A stretch of DNA of 64,000 nt from Chrysomallon squamiferum (lineage: Eukaryota; Animalia; Mollusca): the NCBI GenBank assembly GCA_012295275.1, contig CM022668.1, forward strand, positions 7,998,001 through 8,062,000, written 5' to 3'. The notes under the pieces are model-generated. The model searched no databases and was not told the DNA's origin. It saw nothing but the letters and a program-made list of their open reading frames with translations. The position numbers were made by a program, and so were the translations under genes. Position 1 is the first letter of the stretch. The number at the start of each line of letters is the position of its first letter. Below, in pieces: positions 16,522 to 30,775 of this stretch.

Positions 16522-17112
16522 ATATATCAATATGTTCGGACTGAAAAAAATTAACAAACGAAAAAACTGAAAAATTAAAAAAACAAAAAAACAAAAAAAC
16601 AAACCTAAAATACTCGTGGGTTTTCGGTTTAATGTTTTATCCTCTCCCTTTATAATCCTTCTACTACCCCACCACACCCCAACCCACCCCACCCACCCGC
16701 ATTTTCCTTTTACTGCATCTTTTTTCTTTTTTCTTTCTGATCTCGTACAGCTTTACATCACTCAAATGTCAAATCTAGCTTTTAATAAAAACCAATACAC
16801 CAGAACACGTTTTTGAAATATGCTTTTATACGTGAAAGCTTTCGTATAAATATTTGACATGATGCAAAATTTTATATACCAACATTGTTATTATTTACCT
16901 GATAGAAAATGACATTTAGTTATTAGAAAAATCCATTTTTGAAGTATGTTTTGTTCAAGTGCGCTCAGCTTGGTAGTTTTACAGCCTTGTTTGGTTAACC
17001 AGGCTTATCAGATTTGCATTAAACGTACCAAGAATAAAAAATATAAAAAATAAAAAGAAGTAAATTTATACCTGTTGTTTTTATTGTTGACAAGTATTAC
17101 ATTAAACAAAGA

Positions 17113-17380
<268 letters not shown>

Positions 17381-18143
17381 GTACTTGAGATAAAGAAAGA
17401 GAGAAGAAAAGATAAAAGAAAGAAAGAAGTAAAGAAAGGTTGTTAAAACTGATCTGACATTTCGCTGAAGGGACAAACACCTCGAGGTTCACTCATTCTA
17501 CCACACACTGACAGGTAGTTGTGTTTTTTAAAGTAGGCTTCTTACTTGGAGTAAATACATTCATTTCAGTCAACAGCTCATTTTGTTCTTCGATTTTGTG
17601 TCAGATGTGAACTTTTTTTTTTTTTTAAATGTTTACGGTAACAATGATTTAAAATAACGTTTTTAAAATATTGCTTAAAAAATAATTAATTCAGTTTCGG
17701 TGACGTGGAAAGCACAGTTCAGTTTTGGTCGCTCAGCAAAATTTTCCCGTTATAACGATTTTCCCAGAAACAAAAGTGTGATATTTAACATGTAGGCAAT
17801 ACATATATTCTATCCATCCATCCATATATAGATAGATAGATACAAAGAGAGAAAGCGACAGAGACAAAGAGAGAGAGACAGAAAGAGAGAGACAGACACT
17901 GTGACAGACAGACAGATAAATAATTTTTATACAGACACACACACTCACATACATACGTACATGCGTTTTACTCACACATCGATAAACAGAAAAAACACAA
18001 AATGACAGACACGTATATAAAATGTGAGCACGCACATACAGCTGTGTTTTCAGTGCATGTGGACGTTTAGGCGGGTGCTCCTATTATGACTGTTTATTTC
18101 GTTATGTGCGTCTATGTATGTATTTATTGATATAGTCTCTCTC

Positions 18144-18301
18144 TTATGTGCGTCTGATTAGACTCTGCACACAGACAATATTCGGGAACACACTGGCACA
18201 GGAGAACAAAGTCCAATCACGACCTCACAAACCCGTCAGATGCCGCTGACGAGACTTGAACACCGATTCCCACGCACTCAGAAGGTGGACGACGTTACCG
18301 C
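18144..18301 (-). mobile_element. tRNA-derived SINE copy (head truncated in the A box)
   Basis: Minus strand GCGGTAACGTCGTCCACC...GGTGTTCAAGTCTCG carries a B-box-like GTTCAAGTC (18253-18261). The body is shared with 8691-8778. Confidence 0.65.
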
Positions 18302-19394
18302 AAAAAACTGTTCAATAACCGAGGTTAATCATCGCTTCCCGTGAAGCTCGCCGTTCTTTGACTTTTCGTCATTTTTGCGTGCATCTATTTTTTGTAGGAA
18401 ACCTGGCACTGGCAGGTTTGTAGTTTAGTTTGAATATTCTCTGTCTATGAATGTATGTATATATGTATATATGAATGTATGTATATATGTATATATGAAT
18501 GTATGTATATATGTATATAAGTATGTATGTATATATGTAAGTATGTGTGTGTTTATCTGTCCGTTTGTGTATAAGCGTTATTTCTGACACCTCGCTACCG
18601 TCAACAACACAGACGTGGTGAACGTCACACCCACGCACACTGAAAACCCGGCGTGGTGGATGCTGCACGCGACGTGCACACTTTAACAAACATTGATCAG
18701 CGCGGACTCGCGCGCTCTCTCGTTAGATTGATGCGATTACCCCGGCGACTTTGACCCCTCAGTGTCCGGTCCGGCAAATAAATTCCTCATTAGTCCTGTT
18801 CACTTGTCTCGGTTCGCGTTTGAGAAATGATGTTAATTTAAATGCAGTGTCAGCACAATAACGTCACACATTGATTAATTGAAATTCGTTTTGTTCGGTG
18901 ACAAATGTGACCACTTTCCACAAAGGGCACTCTAAGTAACTGATAACACCACCGATTGATGCTTTGTGAAAGCTCTGGCACTTTTCAACAGTTCTGTGGA
19001 GTTTTAATTTTATTTTATTTTCAATATATATTTGTTTTTCATTATTTTTTGTTTTTATTTTATTATTATTTTAATTTAATTTAATTTTATTTTACTTTTT
19101 ATTTAATTATATTTAATCTAATTTTATTTTATTTTATTTTATTTTTGTTTCCTTTACCTTAAGTTTCTTTTTAATCGATTGATGCCATTTTTCTTCTATC
19201 AGAATAGTTTTATCCTATTTGAAAAATCCATGTTTCGTTTAATGTTTCTAAAAAGAATATTATAAGGCAAATTAGTACATGCATACAAGAAGAATGAATG
19301 ATTTTATATATTATATATTATTTATTCATTCATGTATAAATACGCAAATACATACCACATACACAAATATAATTTCACACACACACAAATATAA

Positions 19395-19451
<57 letters not shown>

Positions 19452-20199
19452 AAACACCCCACAAAAATACACAAAAAGCAACAAAACAACATTCATATCA
19501 AAACGCCAACATCATATATATGCACATACAGACAAACATACATAAAAACACACACACATACTACATACATACACATTTATACACACATACATTCATGCAC
19601 ACACACACACACACATACATACACACTTAAACACAACACACACACACTGACAAACCTACACACGTCAACACACAAACAACAACAGCTGAACACATAACAC
19701 CATCACCTGCGCACACACACATGTAATAAAAAAAACCGATGCACGGTGTCGGGTTTCCACTCTGACTAATTGATGAGAGTGAGCGGACAGTGAGCCGAGT
19801 GAGTGAGACTCACAGTGGGCGTGGCGTGTTCCAGGCAGACCCTGCTATCGCGCGCTCTATCTGTGTCTGCGGTGTCGGAGTTGCGTGCCACGCCGCTGTT
19901 CACGGGACACAACTTTATCAAGGTCATCTTCACAGGCCGGGAGAGGAAACGCCCATCCACCTATCACGTGAATAACATTTCCGTTGTTGTGTCATTTTCC
20001 TTTTCTTTTTTTTCTTTTTATTTAGTATGTTTTGTTTGCTTATTTATTTATTTATTTATTTACTTATTTATTTATTTATTATTAGTTTTTGCTTTTTTTT
20101 TTTTATTGCTCAATGCATGATACGCAAATGATAAAAGTTTCAGGTCTCTGAACGACGGAAGGCTAGTTAAATACCCGTGGACCTTAACTGCGAGGCAAA

Positions 20200-20277
<78 letters not shown>

Positions 20278-20776
20278 AAATAAAATAAACGACAGTGACA
20301 AGAACACTACCAAATACAATAATAATAATCGTGATGAATAAACTGAGAGTGTGATGATGTTGACGACACAAACACGGGTGTGATTGTAATGATGTGTTGA
20401 CGTTGTCCAGTGCGCGTTCACTTGCCAGCTGCTGTGTTTATGTTACTGAACCGTTAAATAAAATCTGGACTCGGTATGAAACATGATTAGCTGCTGGTTT
20501 ATCATTGAGCTTCTGTGCTTTTCCCGTTCCAGTCTTTTGACTAGTTCAACCATGTGTTTCATATTTATAAATATATGCATATAAGATATTCCGTATTATT
20601 AACAAGAAAGAGAAACACCATTTTTTTGTGTGTTTGTTTCTTTGTTTCTTTCTTTTTACCAATTTATTGTTTATATATATATAAATTCACACACACGTAC
20701 ATACATACATACCCCCATACATGAACATATGTACATGCATGTGTGTGGGTGTATGTATTGATGAAAGTTTCTCTCG

Positions 20777-20824
<48 letters not shown>

Positions 20825-21179
20825 ACGAAAAAAGACGGAGAAACAATCTGTAAAATAAAATATTCCAAATATTAATCAAATCATTGATTTATTAGGTTGA
20901 AATGTTAGAAGTTTTCCGATCGATTCACGCTAGTGCTTAGTATGACTTTTATGTACTCAGATGTGATTAAGCAGTTTACTAAACAAGAAAAAAAAACCAG
21001 TGTTACCTTGACAGGCTATCAGCTTAGAAACGTTTCTCAAGAACAGCTGAAGAAGTAAATTATCTTTTAAAATCTCATAAAGATCGCTATTCTATACACT
21101 AGTTTTACTTTTTACAGTCACAAAAACTGTTTTTCACTCCCGATGTTTTAATGTATCAAAACCCGGTGAATTACAAACT

Positions 21180-21233
21180 ATTATTAGTACTATTAATTAT
21201 TATTATTATTATTATTTGTTATTGTTATTGTTA

Positions 21234-21304
<71 letters not shown>

Positions 21305-21369
21305 GTTATTAGTTTTACTTTTTATCACAAAACTGTTTTTTTTGATGTTTTAATTATTGAATTACAAAC

Positions 21370-21424
<55 letters not shown>

Positions 21425-21483
21425 TATTATTATTGCTATTGTTTTTGTTATTGTTATTATTGTTATTGTTATTGTTATTATTA

Positions 21484-21545
<62 letters not shown>
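21180..21545. repeat. (TAT)n microsatellites
   Basis: Direct reading. Confidence 0.93.
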
Positions 21546-22275
21546 TCTTATAGTAGGTATAAACTATATTTTTACTATAAATGTTACTCTCTGTCTCTAC
21601 TGAAATACCAGTAGTTTAAAAATTAATTATATTTTCTTCCCCGCCAATGGGAAGGTGCATATAATATATCTATACTGCTAATCGATTACATTAACCAAGA
21701 AAAAGGCTAATACAGTGGGTTTCTTCTTTTTATCGTCATTATATAAAATTTTATATAACGTTCGATACGCAAATGTATTTAGATATCGTTAATCATTGAT
21801 TGATTTATACATTCATTCATCGTTTATAGATTCACTCGTTCATTTACTCATTCGTTCGTTCATTTATTCGCTCATTCATTCATTCATTCGTTTATTTATT
21901 CATTCATTTATTCTGTTTTTATAATGTTTACCTCAACACGAGAACAGAAAAACCTTGAGCTAGATCTAACGTTAGAAAAAAACATCTGTTAATCTTCACA
22001 AGTTTCTGCAATTATTTGACTTTCTCCTCAAGTTTTTGTGAAAATACAGATGTTTCGCCGTCAGAGAAAATCTAGGAGGAAAGCCACACGTGGCAGCGAG
22101 ATGAATCAGTTCCAGATTTCGCTGAATGGAAACTGGGATCGAAGAGAGGTTTGATTGAGAAGGAAAGCTTGAATGGAAGCCTTAATCGAGGACAGATAGG
22201 ATTAACAGAAGTCTCAGCTAGCAGGGGTGTTTCTCAAGGACGAATTTTGACTTATTTATTTATTGATTATTGTAC

Positions 22276-22466
<191 letters not shown>

Positions 22467-23228
22467 AATTCATAAATAATAATAATCAAAGAAACACAAA
22501 AAAGAGACAGACTGACCGATAGTAAAATGTAAAAAGAGAAGCATCGAGAGAGAGAAACACAGATTGGTAGGTAGATAAAAAGACAGACAGATAGAGATGG
22601 GTAGATACAGACAAAAAGAAACAGACAGACAGACAGAAAGGCAACCAAATAAAAGACAGGTAGATAGATCAGGAAAATATACCCCACTGATTACTGAAAA
22701 AGTCACCACCCACTTCGCTGGAAATGAAACAAACTAACAGAGAGACAACAAGTCACAACAAACAGTTCTTTGTTTAGTACAAAGCACTCGACAGTTTCTT
22801 TGTGTGCGCATTGAAAAAAATAACTACTGCTCATACATATCAAGCTTCAAACTTATAAGATTAAAAACTTTGTTGCTGCACAAATCGTGCTACAGAATTG
22901 AAGCTTTTGACTTAAATTTCCATAAATTTACATACGATTCTTATATCAGGTGCAATCTAAAACGACGAGGAAAAAAAAAATCCTTTAAAATATTTTTCCT
23001 TTGGTGTCATTGCAAATCATAAAAAAGATATATACAAAAAATAAATAACAATAACAGCAGTCGTTGTGATCTCAAATTTAACATCCTGTACTAGAGATTC
23101 AAATTAAAAAAAGAGTTATCCGCTCTTGCATATGCCTTTGCATGCGTGTCATCTGACGAAACCAAGTGAAAAAAGTACAAAGAATTGGGAATGTGTATTT
23201 TAGTTCATTTTTTTAAGAGAGAGAGAGA

Positions 23229-23260
<32 letters not shown>

Positions 23261-23294
23261 ATATCACATTTCAATTTTAAGAGTTATTCATACC

Positions 23295-23332
<38 letters not shown>

Positions 23333-23338
23333 TCTCTC

Positions 23339-23395
<57 letters not shown>

Positions 23396-23397
23396 AT

Positions 23398-23432
<35 letters not shown>

Positions 23433-24379
23433 GTTAACGCTGATTCCTAGAAAACCTCGCGAGGATTTTAATTCATCTTATCAAACAGCGACTTAGGTCT
23501 GTGAACTTTTGCCGTGAGTGGGAGCTGTTTAATCAAACTTTACGCTGCCAACGTTGTTGCTGATTCCATTAATAGTATGATGCATTGATATTCAACGTTC
23601 GCTGGGGTCTCCATAACAGCGAACGTTTAGCCGTTGTTATCAAGGATTATGTAGCAGACGCGATAAGCGAGGCTCATAATCCGGGCATTTTAGTTCGCTT
23701 TATTTCAAGATTTCTTGTGAAAGTCTCTGGATTAGGCTTCCTGCCGACGGAAGATCTAAACACCACAGTTTATTGAGATTTCCTGATTGAATGCAAATTC
23801 TAGTTGGTGTTAGAGATTAAAACCTGGGAGCACTTTATAACTTAGCTGTAATTTTAAATTTAGTAAAAGGAATTCTTAATATTTTTCTTAACTCTCGTTT
23901 CAGCGATCGCTTTATCTTTGTCGAACTTCACGCTGATAGTAAAATGTGACATTAAAACATCTGAGAAGCTGTGTAGATCGTTTTCGAGGCCGCTGGTGGT
24001 TCATGACCGCAGCTTAGCAATTGTTTTTGTGCTCAGTGTCCACAACATGAAGGCTTTAGCAGTAGAACTAACGTAATAAAAAGCGAACGACAGCAGGACT
24101 AATAAAAATTAGTTTTACTTTTGACTCGATTACCGTATTTATCTAGATTTACGCGCAGGCACAACAGGGATCCGGGCTAACAAACAATTTTCTCTTTTAC
24201 TGCTGATGGTGGATTTAGCTTGATAACATCTCAACTGCTCGAGGCATGAAGGGTCTCTGGATCGGTCCGCCACTATGGTCTTGCTGGATTATTTTCCGTT
24301 TCAGTATAAGCTGCGCCAGAGGTAAATCCCTTACGACACGTAAATAAGATCTTAGTAGTAGACGTAACAGAAACATGGC

Positions 24380-25989
24380 GATAAAACACTATCAGAGGCT
24401 TTCTGAAGAGTCACACGCTATAACTGTACAGCGGTGACGTAGATAAAACACTGTCAGAGGCTTTCTGAAAAGACACACGTTGTAACTGTACAGCGGTGAC
24501 GTAGATAAAACACTGTCAGAGGCTTTCTGAAGAGTCACACGCTGTAACTGTAAAGCGGTGACGTAGTTAAACACTGTCAGAGGCTTTCTGAAGAGTTACA
24601 CGCTGTAACTGTACAGCGGTGACGTAGATAAAACACTGTCAGAGGCTTTCTGAAGAGACACACGTTGTAACTGTACAGCGGTGACGAAGATAAAACACTG
24701 TCAGAGGCTTTCTGAAGAGTCACACGCTGTAACTGTACAGCGGTGACGTAGATAAAACACTGTCAGAGGCTTTCTGAAGAGTCACACGTTGTAACTGTAC
24801 AGCGGTGACGTAGATAAAACACTGTCAGAGGCTTTCTGAAGAGACACACGTTGTAACTGTACAGCGGTGACGTAGATAAAACACTGTCAGAGGCTTTCTG
24901 ACGAGTCACACGCTGTAACTGTACAGCGGTGACGTGGATAAAACACTGTCAGAGGCTTTCTGAAGAGACACACGTTGTAACTGCACAGCGGTGACGTAGA
25001 TAAAACATTGTCAGAGGCTTTCTGGAGAGAAACGTTGTAACTGTACAGCGGTGACGTAGATAAAACACTGTCAGAGGCTTTCTGAAGAGTCACACGTTGT
25101 AACTGTACAGCGATGACGTAGATAAAACACTGTCAGAGGCTTTCTGAAGAGAGACACGTTGTAACTGTACAGCGGTGACGTAGATAAAACACTGTCAGAG
25201 GCTTTCTGAAGAGTCACACGTTGTAACTGTACAGCGGTGACGTAGATAAAACACTGTCAGAGGCTTTCTGAAGAGACACACGTTGTAACTGTACAGCGGT
25301 GACGTAGATAAAACACTGTCAGAGGCTTTCTGGAGAGACACGTTGTAACTGTACAGCGGTGACGTAGATAAAACACTGTCAGAGGCTTTCTGAAGAGTCA
25401 CACGCTGTAACTGTACAGCGGTGACGTAGATAAACACTGTCAGAGGCTTTCTGGAGAGTCACACGCTGTAACTGTACAGCGGTGACGTAGATAAAACACT
25501 GTCAGAGGCTTTCTGAAGAGACACACGTTGTAACTGTACAGCGGTGACGTAGATAAAACACTGTCAGAGGCTTTCTGAAGAGTCACACGTTGTAACTGTA
25601 CAGCGGTGACGTAGATAAAATACTGTCAGAGGCTTTCTGGAGAGTCACACGTTGTAACTGTACAGCGGTGACGTAGATAAACACTGTCAGAGGCTTTCTG
25701 GAGAGTCACACGCTGTAACTGTACAGCGGTGACGTAGATAAAACACTGTCAGAGGCTTTCTGGAGAGACACGTTGTAACTGTACAGCGGTGACGTAGATA
25801 AAACACTGTCAGAGGCTTTCTGGAGAGACACGTTGTAACTGTACAGCGGTGACGTAGATAAAACACTGTCAGAGGCTTTCTGAAGAGACACACGTTGTAA
25901 CTGTACAGCGGTGACGTAGATAAAACACTGTCAGAGGCTTTCTGAAGAGTCACACGTTGTAACTGTACAGCGGTGACGTAAATAAAACA
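24380..25989 (+). repeat. Minisatellite, 26 copies of a 62-bp unit (60/61-bp variants), hammerhead-like fold
   Basis: Unit TCAGAGGCTTTCTGAAGAGTCACACGCTGTAACTGTACAGCGGTGACGTAGATAAAACACTG; TCAGAGG starts counted from 24392 to 25931. Confidence 0.97.
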
Positions 25990-26134
25990 GTGAACATAAT
26001 AACAATACCACTAACAATGACAAAAACAGTAATATGTTAACATAATCATTTTTCTGTTTCTTTCTCTCATTCTTTCTCATTCTTTTTTTTCTTTCTATCT
26101 CTCTTACTTGTTATCTGCTTACGTGTCTACCAAC

Positions 26135-26217
<83 letters not shown>

Positions 26218-26286
26218 TTTCATAACTGTTGCCTACGATAATCATATCAGAAGGGAGATACGGGGAAAAAAATAAAATAAAATAAA

Positions 26287-26351
<65 letters not shown>

Positions 26352-26716
26352 TAACATAATAATAATAGTAACTAATGAAACACGGTAATAACGAATGTCA
26401 TTTAAGTGCTTTTACGTAAAAACATCTGTTCTCGAGTCATTAACGGTTAAATATCGACAACTTTTGGATATTATTAATGATTTTTGACATGTTACCATTA
26501 TTAGCTTATAATAATTATTATTGATTTCAGCGTACAAAAAGGTTAAAGGCTATTGACGCTACCAGTATGAAATGATAGACTAGTATTAATAGAAATACAT
26601 TAATATTTATGAGGTTTGGTACGTCTGTACGGATATTTGGATTTGACTGCAAAAATTCTCTCATTTTTTTAATTTCATTTCATTTTCGTTATATTATATT
26701 ATGGTTATAATCTTCA

Positions 26717-26719
<3 letters not shown>

Positions 26720-26808
<89 letters not shown>

Positions 26809-28176
26809 ACATACACATCCAATCTCTCTCTCTCACGCACACACACACATCCAATCTCTCTCTCTCACACACACACACACATTCACATCCAATCTCTCTC
26901 TCTCTCTCATACATCCATCTCTCTCTCACATCCACATCCAATCTCTCACACACACATTCACATCCAATCTCTCTCTCTCACACACACACACACATCCAAT
27001 CTCTCTCTCTCACACACACATCACATCCAATCTCTCTCTCTCACACACACACTCACATCCAATATCTCTCTCTCACACACACATTCACATCCACTCTCTC
27101 TCTCTCACACACACACACACATCCAATCTCTCTCTCTCACACACACATTCACATCCAATCTCTCTCTCTCTCTTTCACACACATCCACATCCAATCTCTC
27201 TCTCTCACACACACATTCACATCCAATCTCTCTCTCTCACACACACACATCCACATCCAATCTCTCTCTCTCACACACACACACACATCCAATCTCTCTC
27301 TCTCTTTCACATCCACATCCAATCCAATCTCTCTCACACACACACACACATTCACATCCAATCTCTCTCTCACACACACATACACATCCAATCTCTCTCT
27401 CACACACACACACACATCCAATCTCTCTCTCTCACACACACACACACATCCAATCTCTCTCTCTCTCACACACACACACACATCCAATCTCTCTCTCTCA
27501 CACACACACATCCACCTCTCTCTCACACACACACATCCATCTCTCTCTCTCACACACACACACACATCCAATCTCTCTCTCTCACGCACACATACACATC
27601 CAATCTCTCTCTCTCACACACACACACACATCCAATCTCTCTCTCTCACACACACATACACATCCAATCTCTCTCTCTCACACACACACACATCCAATCT
27701 CTCTCTCTCTCACACACACATCACATCCAATCTCTCTCTCTCTCACACACACACATCCAACACATACATCAACATCAATCTCTCTCTCTCACACACACAT
27801 CCACATCCAATCTCTCTCTCACACACACACACATCCATCTCTCTCTCTCTCACACACACATCCACATCCAATCTCTCTCTCACACACACACACACATCCA
27901 ATCTCTCTCTCTCTTTCACACACATCCACATCCAATCTCTCTCTCTCACACACACACACACACATCCATCTCTCTCTCTCTTTCACATACATCAACATCC
28001 AATCTCTCTCTCTCACACACACACATCCAATCTCTCTCTCTCTCTTTCACATACATCCACATCCAATCTCTCTCTCACACACACACACATCCAATCTCTC
28101 TCTCTCTCTTTCACATACATCCACATCCAATCTCTCTCTCACATCCAATCTCTCTCTCACACACATACACATCCAA

Positions 28177-28207
<31 letters not shown>

Positions 28208-28509
28208 TCCAATCTCTCTCTCTCACGCACACACACATCCACATCACACATCCTCTCTCTCTCTCTCACACACACACACATCCAATCTCTCTCTCTCACA
28301 CACACACACACATCCAATCTCTCTCTCTCACACACACACATCCAATCTCTCTCTCTCTCACACACATCCACATCTCTCTCTCTCTCTCACACACACATAC
28401 ACATCCAATCTCTCTCTCACACACACATCACATCCAATCTCTCTCTCTCTCTCACACACACATTCACATCCAATCTCTCTCTCTCTCTCACACACACATA
28501 CACATCCAA

Positions 28510-28540
<31 letters not shown>

Positions 28541-29035
28541 TCCAATCCTCTCTCTCTCACACACACATACACATCCAATCTCTCTCTCTCTTTCACATAC
28601 ATCCACATCCAATCTCTCTCTCTCACACACACATGCACATCCAATCTCTCTCTCTCTCTTTCACATACATCCACATGCAATCTCTCTCTCTCACACACAC
28701 ACATACACATCCAATCTCTCTCTCTCTCTTTCACATACATCCACATCCAATCTCTCTCTCTCACACACACATACACATCCAATCTCTCTCTCTCTTTCAC
28801 ATACATCCACATGCAATCTCTCTCTCTCTTTCACATACATCAACATCCAATCTCTCTCTCTCACACACACACACATCCAATCTCTCTCTCTCTCTTTCAC
28901 ATACATCCACATCCAATCTCTCTCTCTCACACACACATACACACCCAATCTCTCTCTCTCACATACATTACATTACCATCCAATCTCCTCTCTCTCTCTC
29001 TCACATACATACATAGACATCCAATCTCTCTCTCA
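26720..29035. repeat. 2.3-kb compound microsatellite-derived array, (TC)n(AC)n-ATCCAA units
   Basis: A pure (TC)n run is followed by dozens of variable units of the form CATCCAA-(TC)n-(AC)n. Confidence 0.95.
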
Positions 29036-29083
29036 CTGCACTTAGTTGTAATTATGTTAGTACTACAGTGGCATCAACAGTAA

Positions 29084-29114
<31 letters not shown>

Positions 29115-29725
29115 TGTGGTGGTGGTGGTGGTGTTGATAACAGTAGTGGTAGTAGTAATAACAGTAGTAGTAAATTACTTTTCATACAAGCACTTTTTAC
29201 ACAAACAATTTAAAATGCTAACGTACTCATTTATATATTTTTTAATGTCGTTTGTTGTTGCGGTATTTTTATTTATTACTTTTTAATTATATTTTATAAT
29301 AATATTCTCTTTTTTTTTTTTACCTTTATTTAAGTTTGTACGTAGTAATATAATATGATTATTTTTATACGTTGTTATATTATATTTATTATACGGTCTG
29401 TGAATAACAATAGGCTATTTATCAGAAACAACAGACATGTTTAAGATTAGCGGAAATGAGACTAGACGGGTTAATGAATATTCATTAGGTTACACCCAAT
29501 TAACACTGTTCAGACAGTGATATCGTATTAGATGAAAAGAACATTGTTAGTACAATATGATGCTAATGCGTAAGAAATTTAGATAGACGAACAGACTGAT
29601 ATGTCTATCTGTCTCTTTGTCTGTCTGTCTTTTAATTCTAAGAGTAGAATATATTTGAAAGCTGGTTATAGAAATTAGAAGTTTGATCCATTGCTTGTAT
29701 CTAGCAGTAGGTTTTTCTTCTACAT

Positions 29726-29847
<122 letters not shown>

Positions 29848-30720
29848 GGTTTCTGCATCTGTCTCTGACTCCAGTGACGCCAGTGAATATCTTTATTAAT
29901 TAATTTGATATATTTTTGCAGAGAGGGGAGTGAGAACGACAGTGACCAATGTTTACATTTCAACATTTCAAACACTGTTTTAACAATTTTGCAAATTTAA
30001 GATAAAAAAATTCCGTCCTCCAATAAACTGCAACATAAAAAGTAAAAACCTCCTCAACACAGATTAACTTTCTCCAGCCGGAAGTGAAAAGATTGCTGCA
30101 AGGGATTCTGGACTTTGGCGTAGCCTTGCTGTGCTTCCGGTTTCGTTTCCTTGACAAAGTACACATTACATCCGGTATCGCTGTTCTTGTTAAAGTTCAA
30201 ATGAACTTCCGTTGTCTAACGGAAGATGTCGTCGACAAGATTTGATAGAAAATCCAGCAAACGAGTTAATGACTGGTACTTTAACAGCGCGTGTTTTTAA
30301 TCCGCGTCAGTCTGCGTTAAAATAAAGTCTTTTGTTAACCTTGTTTGTGTCGTACGAGTTTCGTCTTCAGTTCTGTTGGCAGCTGGTTTTGTTTCTTTTT
30401 TCTACATTTTTTATTTTTCTTCTTATCATTTTTTTTTCTTCTTCTTCTTTTTATTATTATTATTTCTTTTTTAATTTTAGTTTTGGATGTATTTTGTGTA
30501 TGAGTCTATTGAAATTATTTGTTTCATCTGTTTGACACAAATTGTTACAGAGATCACATTTTCGTTTCTTTCTCTCACCCCCCCTTCTCTAGCATTTCCT
30601 CTCTTTCTATCCTTCTCCCTCCTTTCCATCTTTCCATTTATTTATTTATTTTTATCAAATATTTTCATTTTATTTTTTTATTTTTATCAAATTTTTTCAT
30701 TTCATTCTCTCTCTCTCTGG

Positions 30721-30775
<55 letters not shown>

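Noticed and set aside
24392-25953. Repeat-derived minus-strand ORFs and a CRISPR interpretation of the 62-bp array
   Set aside because: Unit lengths of 61 and 62 break frame; units are contiguous with no unique spacers and there are no cas genes.
26701-29016. 771-aa ORF (S/L/H/T-rich)
   Set aside because: Lies wholly within a G-poor compound microsatellite where stops are nearly impossible; no domain or splice context.
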